This document shows positions 52,879 through 64,000 of a stretch of DNA of 64,000 nucleotides, piece after piece (the stretch's first letter is position 1; every line of letters begins with the position of its first letter). Source of the stretch: Eledone cirrhosa (lineage: Eukaryota); the NCBI GenBank assembly GCA_964016885.1, contig OZ024740.1:58218001-58282000 (forward strand), written 5' to 3'. The notes beneath the pieces are model-generated. The model did not search any database, was not told where the DNA came from, and was given only the letters and a program-made list of their open reading frames with translations. The translations under genes were made by a program, and so were the position numbers.

Positions 52879-53455
52879 TCATTATCATCGTCATTGTTTT
52901 TCCATGCTTGCATAGGTTGGACGGGTCCTTTTCAGCATGGCATCTCTGCACTCATCACATTCCTTCATCATCTCCTCTGCAAATCTTAGTGAGTTGAGGT
53001 CAGTTCTCACAACCTCTGCCCAGGTCTTTCTTGGTCTACCTCTACTGCAGTTTCTTTCCACTGCGATTACCTGGTATTTCTTCACCCAGCAGTCATTGTC
53101 CATGCACACCATATGTCCATACCAACACTGTCTTCTCTCCTGCACACCACCTCGGATTCCTCTTAAATCCAGCTTCTCCTTCAGCTTGTCCAAGTTCTGT
53201 CTTTCTCTCACACTTACATTGCACATCCAATGAATCATAGTTGCTTCATTTATCTCCAGTCTGCACATGTCATCTGCAGTCACAACCCATGTTTCACTAC
53301 CATGCAGCATTGCACTTCGTACACAGGTGTCATGTGGTTGTCTTTTTGTACTGAGGGAGAAGACTCTTGTTGTCAACAGTGGGAGTAGCTCTCTAAACTT
53401 CGTCCATCCTATCCTTATTCTAGCTACTATACCTTTGGCACACCTAGGTAGCAGA
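52879..53455 (-). mobile_element. RTE LINE 3' fragment (short-UTR subfamily)
   Basis: ORF 52891-53376: [37 protein letters not shown]. Confidence 0.85.
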
Positions 53456-54421
53456 GGCGATCAGCCACTTATATAGACCCTTCCTGAGACTGGAAAAGGT
53501 TTATATCACTGGCTCTCTTCATCTCAATTACTCATATATATATTTATACCAGAGTAATTGAGCCCATGTCTACCCCATGTAGTCATTTTTTAATAAGATG
53601 AAATGGCAGTCAAGTGCTGGGATGATTTAATCAACTATAGAAGTCAATTGTTTGATCAGGTTAAGAAAACTATGTTACTATTAGTCTTTCTATTGCCGAT
53701 ACTTTCTGCTAGTCACATTTTTTAGTGATAGAGAGAGCAGGATTTGGATTCAGAATGCACAGAGCTAGAACAGATACAGCAAGGATTCCTGTCTGATTCT
53801 TCAACAAATCCACCAATCCACTAACCATGGACAGGTATTTCATTGATTGACCCTGAAATCAATGGGATTTGAACTCGGTGCTGGAACAAATACTGAGGCA
53901 CTTAATCCAGCATGCTAACATTAGATTAGCATGTGTCAATTCACTGCTATAAATCAAACATTCTTTTCCTCAACAAATTCATGGCCTTATATGCTTATGT
54001 CAGAAAACTGTATTATGAATAAAGATAATTTTCTTCTGAAAACCATTATCAATTTTCATATGATAGATATGAACTATGTTGTTGCAGAAAATAAAATACT
54101 TTTAATTTAGTTTAAATTTATTTGAAGACATATAACTAAATTTGTAATTTTAGTCAGACATTGCTTTATGGAAAATACCTGATTTAGGAAGATTTAATGG
54201 CTTAAGAGAAAAATATTAAATTAACGCTCATTTTTATATTAACTTTATTTATAAAAAAATAAAAATAACAATGAAATTGGTATAAAATTGATATGTCATC
54301 TTAAGAAAAGTTAAAAGAAAGTTATTTAAAATATATAATTGATGTTATTGGTTGTAAAAATAAAAGCACACTATACATATGCATGTTTGTATGTGTTTAT
54401 ATGTATATATGTGTATATGTA

Positions 54422-55343
54422 GTTAGAGATGAGATTCACAGTTCGAAAGCGCTGAAGACAGCTAAACAGTGGAGTACTCAATACATATTAAAAAGCAGAG
54501 TAGATGTAGAAATATGATTGAAGACATATTGCATTCCTATTCTATTTTGGCTACAGTAATATTTTGAGAAGGTGTGAGAGGTTTTGTCAGAGGCAACAAC
54601 TATTATTTCACTTTATTTATATTAGAATCATTACATTTCCACCTGATACACGAACATAAAGTGAAATATAAGTCCTTCCCTTTGGCAAAGCTTCTTATAT
54701 CTTCCTGAGATTACAATAAAACACACACATACACACACTAGTAGTAGTAGTAGCACTAATGTACCATAATTCATAATAAGGGTGTACATGAAGGCATATA
54801 TGATAACCCAATAAACATACAAGAGTCTTGCTATGAAAGTTTTAAGCTGTGATCATGTCCTAGCTATATCAGTAGGCAGTAGGATTATCAGGCATGTGTT
54901 TCTGGATTTTTATCTGTCACCAGTAATATTTACTCACTCAGTAAGAGATCAGAATAAGCTAAAGTTTATATGCTTTTATTTTTGGGTATGAAATATCAAC
55001 TGGCGATGCTCATTTGCATATATTGTGAACTTGACTGGCTTGGATTAATTAGCAGTAGCACTAATACAACCTGGTTCATTATAGAGGTGTATATGAAAGT
55101 ATATACGATATGTTTATGTATAATAAACATGCAAGAGCGTTACTGTGTATATTTTAAGCTGTGATCATGTCACATCTATCTTAGTAACCAGTGTTTATAT
55201 CAGACACGTGTTTCCGAGTATTGAATGAGTAAATATCACTGATGACATAAAAATCCAGAAACACACGTCTGATATTCTCACTGGCTACTGAAATAGCTGT
55301 GCCATGATCATAGCTTCATATAGGCCTTCATATACACCCTTAT

Positions 55344-55345
<2 letters not shown>
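54422..55345. mobile_element. Cluster of PLE pLTR fragments in tandem and inverted orientation
   Basis: Unit repeated at ~54780-54945(-), ~55085-55214(-) and ~55225-55345(+), each with GAAACAC..G(T/C)C-tgata; GTATTGAGTAC(-) at 54474-54484. Confidence 0.75.
55232..55276 (+). ncRNA. Minimal hammerhead motif, helix II damaged
   Basis: aatatca-CTGATGA-cataaaaatcca-GAAA-cacacg-TC-tgatatt. Perfect 7-bp helix I and GUC triplet; poor helix II. Confidence 0.65.
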
Positions 55346-55381
<36 letters not shown>

Positions 55382-55518
55382 TGGTAAAAGGAAAAGAAAA
55401 TACTGACAAATTGTTCCCAGTGAAAAATAGTTTAATTAGGAATAAGTAAAAATTAGTAATAAGTATTGGTTAGTATTCAGTTTTAGTTTTAAGTTTTTAC
55501 CGGTTGCGCATTTCTAAA

Positions 55519-56419
55519 CATCATCATCATCATCACCGTTTTACGTCCGTTCTTCCACACTAGCATGGGTTAGACGGGTTGTCCTGTTGTGGACAGTGTC
55601 TGGTCGGCTGACCATGACTTGCTCATACAGGAACTGATTTGGCTTGATTTCTACAGCTGGATGCCCTTCCTAACACCAACCTCATTTACAGTGAGTGCTG
55701 GGTGCTTTTTCATGGCGCCTACACGTCCACTTTACAGTGTGGGCTGGGTGCTTTTTTTTTGCCGTGGCACCTCCACGACCACCTTGCGGTGGGGGGGGGG
55801 GGGCATATTGTCTATATGCTTCAGCTTGTACCCATGGGAGGTCGGGTACTCTGTATTACTGCGTGACGCCAGAGGTCACGGTCGTGTGTCATCGCCTTTG
55901 AGAGGTGTAATTGGGTAAGGTCGGCTTTTATCACCTCATCCCAGGTCATCTTGAGTCTCCCCACTCCGCAGTTTCCATCGACTTCTAGTACTCTGCACCT
56001 TTTTATGCAGCTTTCATCCTTCATACGCATCACATGTCCATACCAGCGCAACTGCCTCTCCTGCATACAGCATTTGATTCCTCTTATGCTCAGTCTCTCT
56101 CTCAATTCATTTATGCTTTGTCGTTTACGTATATTACTGTTACACATCCATCGGAGCATGCAGGCTTCGTTTCTCTCTAATCTACGTAATTTTTCCACCT
56201 TCAGCGCCCAGGTCTCACTACCATGCAACATCGCTGTTCGGATACATGCATCATACAGTCTGCCTTTCATTTTGAGGAAGAAGCCTTTTGCAACTAGCAG
56301 TGGTAGTAGTTCCCTAAACTTCTTCCATCCCGTTCTTACCCTAGTTATTGTACTTTCTGAACACCCACCTCCGCTGCTAATTCGGTCACCTAGGTAGCAG
56401 AAGCTGTCTACTGTTTCTA
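55519..56419 (-). mobile_element. RTE LINE 3' fragment (young family)
   Basis: ORF 55821-56270 nearly identical to the C-terminus of 57983-59608; same 3' UTR and (cat)n tail. Confidence 0.95.
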
Positions 56420-56484
56420 ATGCGTTTAAAAAATAATTTTGAGATAGAGCGCCCGTGATGTTTGCTCTAATCTGTCACAAACGA

Positions 56485-56536
56485 GAATTTCAGTGTCAAA
56501 GGGCCTTTGACAAAAGGCCCTTTGACACTGAAATTC
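56485..56536. repeat. Perfect 24-bp hairpin
   Basis: gaatttcagtgtcaaagggccttt-gaca-aaaggccctttgacactgaaattc. Confidence 0.95.
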
Positions 56537-56670
56537 GTTTGTTTGAATTCATATGATTCCAGTTCCACAGTGAACTAACAACCCAACCAGGAACTGGGCA
56601 TATCAGAGTATTGACAAAGTTATACACCTCAACAACATGTGTACTCGTCTCTCTACCACACTAATTCGGA

Positions 56671-56723
56671 CTGCCTGAAGAGGTCACAGCCAAAGATGGC
56701 TGTCACCGAAATGTATATAGCAG
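56671..56723 (+). ncRNA. Minimal type I hammerhead ribozyme (PLE pLTR fragment ~56420-56775)
   Basis: ctgc-CTGAAGA-ggtcacagcca-aaga-tggctgtcacc-GAAA-tgtata-TA-gcag. Canonical G10.1-C11.1, 10-bp helix II, AUA triplet; followed by (TA)n. Confidence 0.88.
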
Positions 56724-56774
56724 ATAAACGAAGCCAAATTTTAAAGATTTGACTTATTTATTTTATTTTATTTT

Positions 56775-57433
<659 letters not shown>

Positions 57434-57690
57434 GTGTAATTTGGCAGCGCAGCTAGTTTTTGTCGATTTATTATTTTAAATCGATGTGGACGAACTGTGG
57501 TAAAATAATTAATATTCTTCATTCTGGCTAACTTTCTTTTGCAATATAAATACAGATGTGTTGGTATCTGTTTCATCATATATATTACTCATATATATTA
57601 CTTTTATATATCTATATATATATATATATACATACACATATATATATATATATCTATATATATACATACACATATATATATATATATATA

Positions 57691-59893
57691 TCATCATCAC
57701 CGTTTTACGTCCGTTCTTCCACGCTAGCATGGGTTAGACGGGTTGTCCTGTTGTGGGCAGTGTCTGGTCGGCTGACCATGCCTTGCTCATACAGGAACTG
57801 ATCTGGCTTGATTTCTACAGCTGGATGCCCTTCCTAACACCAACCTCATTTACAGTGAGTGCTGGGTGCTTTTTCGTGGCGCCTACACGTCCACTTTACA
57901 GTGTGGGCTGGGTGCTTTTTTGCCGTGGCACCTCCACGACCACCTTGCGGTGGGGGGGGGGGGGGCATATTGTTTATATGCTTCAGCATGTACCCATGGG
58001 AGGTCGGGTACCCTGTATTACTGCGTGACGCCAGAAGTCACGGTCGTGTGTCATTGACTTTGAGAGGTGTAGTTGGGTAAGGTCGGCTCTTATCACCTCA
58101 TCCCAAGTCATCTTGGGTCTCCCCACTCCGCGGTTTCCATCAACTTCTAGTGCTCTGCACCTTTTTATGCAGCTGTCATCCTTCATACGCATCACATGTC
58201 CATACCAGCGTAACCGCCTCTCCTGCACGCAGCATTTGATTCCTCTTATGCTCAGTCTCTCTCTCAATTCATTTATGCTTTGTCGTTCACGTATATTACT
58301 GTTACACATCCATCGGAGCATGCAGGCTTCGTTTCTCTCTAATCTACGTAAGTCTTCCACCTTCAGCGCCCAGGTCTCACTACCATGCAACATCGCTGTT
58401 CGGATACACGCATCATACAGTCTGCCTTTCATTCTGAGGGAGAAGCCTTTTGCAGCTAGCAGTGGTAGTAGTTCCCTAAACTTCTTCCATCCCGTTCTTA
58501 CCCTAGTTATTGTACTTTCTGAGCACCCACCTCCGTTGCTAATTCGGTCACCTAGGTAGCAGAAGCTGTCTACTGTTTCTACAGGGCCCTCCCAGAGATT
58601 GGTGGTACTTGTTTCCTGTGGCTGTTTGCTTGCTGTTTCAGCACAGCTGCTGCATGTGAATCCTACATTCTTAATTAAGCTTCCTGAGATCCCGCTACAT
58701 CTCTTGTGTACCCATTGTTTGCATTTGGGGCAAAGAATGGAGTTCCTACCTACACCTTTCCTACATACTGAGCAAGGCCATTTCCCTGAGGGGATCTGGG
58801 TTCTGTTTTCTCGTCTACTTATAAGGACCTTAGTCTTTGTCATGTTGACTTTGAGGCCCTTTCTCTCTAGTCCCTGCTTCCAGGTTTGGAATTTATTCTC
58901 TAGTTCTACCATAGATTCAGCTATGAGTGCGAGGTCATCAGCATACAGGAGTTCCCATGGGCATCCGGTCTTAAACTCCTCCGTTATTGCCTGCAGGACT
59001 ATGATGAACAGGAGAGGGCTAAGAACAGAGCCCTGGTGGACCCCAACCTGTACGCTAAATTCCTCGCTATACTCATTGCCAATCCTAACTTTGCTGACTG
59101 CTCCCCTATACATGGCTTGTACCGCTTTCACAAGCCATTCATCTACTCCTAGTTTTCTAAGAGCCCACCAGATTACTGCACGTGGAACTCTGTCAAAGGC
59201 TTTCTCAAGGTCGACAAATGCCAAGTAGAGTGGCTTACTTTTAGCTAGGTACTTTTCCTGTAATTGCCTCACAAGGAAGAGCGCATCAGTGGTGCCTTTC
59301 CCTGGAACAAACCCGAATTGCATCTCGTCTATATTCGCCCGGTCCCTAATCAGCTGTGCTATAACTCTTTCTGTTACTTTCATGACCTGGTCCATCAACT
59401 TTATACCTCTATAGTTTCCTCTATCTAGTGCATCGCCTTTACCTTTGTAGCAGTTGACAATGATGCTACTGCACCAATCTTTTGGTATGGCCCCCTCTAG
59501 TATTACCTGGTTAACGATACGTGTGGTTATAGTGTGACCTACAGACCCAGATGCCTTCAGCATCTCGGCAGCTATACCCGATGGACCGGTTGCCTTCCCT
59601 ATCTTCATATCTCTGATTGCCTTACTTACTACGCTGCCGCTGACTTGTACTGCTGGTCCCTCTATAGGGTCTACGTGGGGTAGGGTCTCTTCTTCCCATG
59701 CATTCTCCTCATTTAGTAATCTATCATAATGACTCTTCCATGCATCTTTCTTCTCAGCACTTGTGAGGGCAAGCTCACCTTTATCATTCCGGATACACTT
59801 CTCTCCAATGACATCACAACTATCTCTGACACACTGCCTCGCAATCTTGAATACCTCCTGTTTCTGGTCCTCACGTTGTAAAACATGCTTGAA
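57691..59893 (-). mobile_element. RTE LINE, young, 5'-truncated
   Basis: Uninterrupted ORF2 fragment plus ~290-bp 3' UTR ending in (cat)n. Confidence 0.96.
57983..59893 (-). CDS. RTE reverse transcriptase (partial) with inserted PHD-type zinc finger
   Basis: The frame of ORF 57983-59608 is open to 59893 ([19 protein letters not shown]...). Motifs [37 protein letters not shown], [C4HC3], [22 protein letters not shown]. Confidence 0.92.
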   Translation of the reverse strand, partial: FKHVLQREDQKQEVFKIARQCVRDSCDVIGEKCIRNDKGELALTSAEKKDAWKSHYDRLLNEENAWEEETLPHVDPIEGPAVQVSGSVVSKAIRDMKIGKATGPSGIAAEMLKASGSVGHTITTRIVNQVILEGAIPKDWCSSIIVNCYKGKGDALDRGNYRGIKLMDQVMKVTERVIAQLIRDRANIDEMQFGFVPGKGTTDALFLVRQLQEKYLAKSKPLYLAFVDLEKAFDRVPRAVIWWALRKLGVDEWLVKAVQAMYRGAVSKVRIGNEYSEEFSVQVGVHQGSVLSPLLFIIVLQAITEEFKTGCPWELLYADDLALIAESMVELENKFQTWKQGLERKGLKVNMTKTKVLISRRENRTQIPSGKWPCSVCRKGVGRNSILCPKCKQWVHKRCSGISGSLIKNVGFTCSSCAETASKQPQETSTTNLWEGPVETVDSFCYLGDRISNGGGCSESTITRVRTGWKKFRELLPLLAAKGFSLRMKGRLYDACIRTAMLHGSETWALKVEDLRRLERNEACMLRWMCNSNIRERQSINELRERLSIRGIKCCVQERRLRWYGHVMRMKDDSCIKRCRALEVDGNRGVGRPKMTWDEVIRADLTQLHLSKSMTHDRDFWRHAVIQGTRPPMGTC

Positions 59894-59897
59894 TTAT

Positions 59898-59940
<43 letters not shown>

Positions 59941-59943
59941 CAT

Positions 59944-60249
<306 letters not shown>

Positions 60250-60264
60250 TATATATATATACAT

Positions 60265-60298
<34 letters not shown>

Positions 60299-60299
60299 A

Positions 60300-60343
<44 letters not shown>

Positions 60344-60395
60344 CACATATATATATATATATACACATATATATACATATACATATATATATATA

Positions 60396-60694
60396 TATCA
60401 TTTCATTTTACGTCCGCTCTTCCCTGCTTGCAAGGGTGGGACGTGCACTGATATTGGCTTGATTTCTACAGCTGGATGCCCTTCCTAACACCAACCTCAT
60501 TTACAGTGAGTGGTGGGTGCTTTTTTGCCATGGCACCTCCACGACCATTTTGCAGTGGAATGATATGGACTCATGTCCCTATCATCTCATTTCTACAGCT
60601 GAGTAAACTGGAGCAATGTGAGGAAACAACACATCACCCGGTCTGAGAATTGAACTCACAACCTTTCGATTGCAAGACCAATGCTCTAACCACT
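60396..60694 (-). mobile_element. CORE-like SINE with RTE tail (internal deletion, clipped head)
   Basis: Collinear with 13949-14270. Confidence 0.88.
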
Positions 60695-60789
60695 ATATAT
60701 ATTTTTGGATCGATCGACTTTTGTCAAATCGGACCGAGGAAACAATGTTTTCATTGCTCTTTCCAGTTGCTAGTACTATCTATCGGTCG

Positions 60790-61035
<246 letters not shown>

Positions 61036-61104
61036 ATGTATATATATATATGTGTATGTATATATATCTATATTTATATATGTGTATGTATATATATATA
61101 TATA

Positions 61105-61373
61105 TAACGAAGGAAATGTGGTAAGGAACCAGGTGGACCATAACGCACCAAAGTACTCAAAGTACACCAAAGTACTCAATTTTTATCCTGGTATATGAAT
61201 AGCTATTCATATACCAGGATAAAAATTTTCATTTAGTCCAGAATTAGCCGTCGAAACGGCTTGAGCTCAGCCGTCGGGGTCCTACTCATTCCTATTACTC
61301 ACTCTACTCACCTAAGTATTGAGTACTTTGGTGTGTTATGATCCACCTGGTTCCTTACCACATTTCCTTCGTT
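61105..61373. mobile_element. Head-to-head inverted pair of PLE 3' tails around a 50-bp palindrome
   Basis: 61105-61180(-) and 61235-61373(+) are the same family as 59985-60139; palindrome at 61178-61227. Confidence 0.8.
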
Positions 61374-61409
61374 ATATACATATATACATACACACATATA
61401 TATATACAT

Positions 61410-61509
<100 letters not shown>

Positions 61510-61521
61510 ACACACATATAT

Positions 61522-62300
61522 ATTGAACTCTTAGACAAACATTTTCCTCCTAATCATAAATATTATAAGATATTTAATAGGAACGTAGTTAAGATCAGCT
61601 ACTGTTGTTGCCCATCTATGAAGTCCAAAATCACCAGTTCAAACCATACGAGAACAAATCCAGGATGCAGTTGCAGGAAGCCGGATGAATGCCCATTGCA
61701 TGGTAAATGTAACACCAAATCTGTTGTTTATGAGTCTAAAATAACACTGGTAATCAACAACCAGCCAGCCAGGAGTGAGCGATATGTCGGTATGACCCAG
61801 AACAGGTTTAAAACCAGATTTTACTCATATGTCGCTTCTTTTAAGCACTCCGATAAATGAACATCAACGGCCCTCGCAAGTAAGGTGTGGGAATTCAAGG
61901 ATAGTAACATCCCGTACTCTATCGACTGGTCTATATTAAACCATTCGAGGGAGTGCCAAAGGGGCACAAAGAATTGTTCTTTGTGTACCACAGAAAAATA
62001 TAGGATTTTGCTAATCTTGAGAGCCACTTCCGCTTGCCTTAACTCAAAGACTCAGATCTTCAGATGCTGTCCTCATCTGAAATCGCATCTGATCTGTAAC
62101 TGGATTGACACTCCTATGATAAATCAACCGCCTTGAACTCCTTTCCTGCTCTTTACTTCTGCTACGGTTTTTTTATTTTGCTGAATCTACGTTCTGTACT
62201 CTTGTATATATTTTTTTCTCCCTTATCTCCCCTTATATTTCACCTTTTCCTATGTCTTCCCCTCCCCATATATTCTTTTTGCCTTAGCCCTTCACATACC
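61522..62300 (+). mobile_element. Penelope-like element fragment (linker plus GIY-YIG endonuclease, one in-frame TGA)
   Basis: [94 protein letters not shown] (61522-62136). Confidence 0.9.
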
Positions 62301-62329
62301 CTATGTGTATGTGTATGTATGTTTATGTG

Positions 62330-62421
<92 letters not shown>

Positions 62422-62424
<3 letters not shown>

Positions 62425-64000
62425 TCATCATCATCATCATCACCGTTTTACGTCCGTTCTTCCACGCTAGCATGGGTTAGACGGGTTGTCCTGTTGTGGG
62501 CAGTGTCTGGTCGGCTGACCATGCCTTGCTCATACAGGAACTGATCTGGCTTGATTTCTACAGCTGGATGCCCTTCCTAACACCAACCTCATTTACAGTG
62601 AGTGCTGGGTGCTTTTTCGTGGCGCCTACACGTCCACTTTACAGTGTGGGCTGGGTGCTTTTTTGCCGTGGCACCTCCACGACCACCTTGCGGTGGGGGG
62701 GGGGGCATATTGTTTATATGCTTCAGCATGTACCCATGGGAGGTCGGGTACCCTGTATTACTGCGTGACGCCAGAAGTCACGGTCGTGTGTCATTGACTT
62801 TGAGAGGTGTAGTTGGGTAAGGTCGGCTTTTATCACCTCATCCCAAGTCATCTTGGGTCTCCCCACTCCGCGGTTTCCATCAACTTCTAGTGCTCTGCAC
62901 CTTTTTATGCAGCTGTCATCCTTCATACGCATCACATGTCCATACCAGCGTAACCGCCTCTCCTGCACGCAGCATTTGATTCCTCTTATGCTCAGTCTCT
63001 CTCTCAATTCATTTATGCTTTGTCGTTCACGTATATTACTGTTACACATCCATCGGAGCATGCAGGCTTCGTTTCTCTCTAATCTACGTAAGTCTTCCAC
63101 CTTCAGCGCCCAGGTCTCACTACCATGCAACATCGCTGTTCGGATACACGCATCATACAGTCTGCCTTTCATTCTGAGGGAGAAGCCTTTTGCAGCTAGC
63201 AGTGGTAGTAGTTCCCTAAACTTCTTCCATCCCGTTCTTACCCTAGTTATTGTACTTTCTGAGCACCCACCTCCGTTGCTAATTCGGTCACCTAGGTAGC
63301 AGAAGCTGTCTACTGTTTCTACAGGGCCCTCCCAGAGATTGGTGGTACTTGTTTCCTGTGGCTGTTTGCTTGCTGTTTCAGCACAGCTGCTGCATGTGAA
63401 TCCTACATTCTTAATTAAGCTTCCTGAGATCCCGCTACATCTCTTGTGTACCCATTGTTTGCATTTGGGGCAAAGAATGGAGTTCCTACCTACACCTTTC
63501 CTACATACTGAGCAAGGCCATTTCCCTGAGGGGATCTGGGTTCTGTTTTCTCGTCTACTTATAAGGACCTTAGTCTTTGTCATGTTGACTTTGAGGCCCT
63601 TTCTCTCTAGTCCCTGCTTCCAGGTTTGGAATTTATTCTCTAGTTCTACCATAGATTCAGCTATGAGTGCGAGGTCATCAGCATACAGGAGTTCCCATGG
63701 GCATCCGGTCTTAAACTCCTCCGTTATTGCCTGCAGGACTATGATGAACAGGAGAGGGCTAAGAACAGAGCCCTGGTGGACCCCAACCTGTACGCTAAAT
63801 TCCTCGCTATACTCATTGCCAATCCTAACTTTGCTGACTGCTCCCCTATACATGGCTTGTACCGCTTTCACAAGCCATTCATCTACTCCTAGTTTTCTAA
63901 GAGCCCACCAGATTACTGCACGTGGAACTCTGTCAAAGGCTTTCTCAAGGTCGACAAATGCCAAGTAGAGTGGCTTACTTTTAGCTAGGTACTTTTCCTG
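62422..64000 (-). mobile_element. RTE LINE, young, continues beyond the window
   Basis: Nearly identical to 57691-59260. Confidence 0.96.
62723..64000 (-). CDS. RTE reverse transcriptase (partial) with inserted PHD-type zinc finger
   Basis: ORF 62723-63964 differs from the 57983 copy by one visible residue (EVIKAD vs EVIRAD); open to the window edge. Confidence 0.9.
   Translation of the reverse strand, partial: QEKYLAKSKPLYLAFVDLEKAFDRVPRAVIWWALRKLGVDEWLVKAVQAMYRGAVSKVRIGNEYSEEFSVQVGVHQGSVLSPLLFIIVLQAITEEFKTGCPWELLYADDLALIAESMVELENKFQTWKQGLERKGLKVNMTKTKVLISRRENRTQIPSGKWPCSVCRKGVGRNSILCPKCKQWVHKRCSGISGSLIKNVGFTCSSCAETASKQPQETSTTNLWEGPVETVDSFCYLGDRISNGGGCSESTITRVRTGWKKFRELLPLLAAKGFSLRMKGRLYDACIRTAMLHGSETWALKVEDLRRLERNEACMLRWMCNSNIRERQSINELRERLSIRGIKCCVQERRLRWYGHVMRMKDDSCIKRCRALEVDGNRGVGRPKMTWDEVIKADLTQLHLSKSMTHDRDFWRHAVIQGTRPPMGTC

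Noticed and set aside
58113-59228. Plus-strand 148-aa and 209-aa ORFs, repeated at 55951, 62853 and 63339
   Set aside because: Antisense shadows of the RTE RT; they recur only because the element is repeated.
61858-61860. In-frame TGA in the PLE endonuclease as possible selenocysteine
   Set aside because: It aligns to Arg/Ser (HPEKR, RPDKS) in sister elements, not Cys. A CGA-to-TGA change is simpler, and no SECIS was seen.

Overview
AT-rich, repeat-dominated eukaryotic DNA. The combination of long (TA)n/(CA)n/(CAT)n microsatellites, tRNA-headed CORE-like SINEs and RTE, CR1, Tx1 and Penelope-like retroelements resembles a coleoid cephalopod (Octopus-like) genome. That is an inference from the repeat types, not a database match. 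No host protein-coding gene can be called, and most supplied ORFs are microsatellite translations or antisense shadows of reverse transcriptase (RT) genes. Main content: (1) at least eight Penelope-like element (PLE) pieces, nearly all abutting (TA)n runs, including one stop-free, 5'-truncated RT + GIY-YIG frame (5907-7331). They carry four well-formed type I hammerhead ribozyme motifs plus several decayed ones, fold-back junctions and a shared GTATTGAGTAC motif 44-52 nt from the 3' end. (2) A young RTE LINE family, with three clustered copies at 55.5-64 kb, whose RT has a C4HC3 PHD-type finger inserted between motifs 6 and 7, plus a SINE family that shares its 3' tail. (3) A 2.9-kb non-coding, CpG-rich element with ~800-bp terminal inverted repeats (TIRs) and a 4-bp CTTA target-site duplication (TSD) at 40344-43275. 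(4) CR1, Tx1 and R4/Dong-like remnants, piggyBac-type MITEs, a fold-back with tRNA-like arms, a 200-N assembly gap and two speculative microexons. Boundaries of old repeats are approximate and were read by eye.
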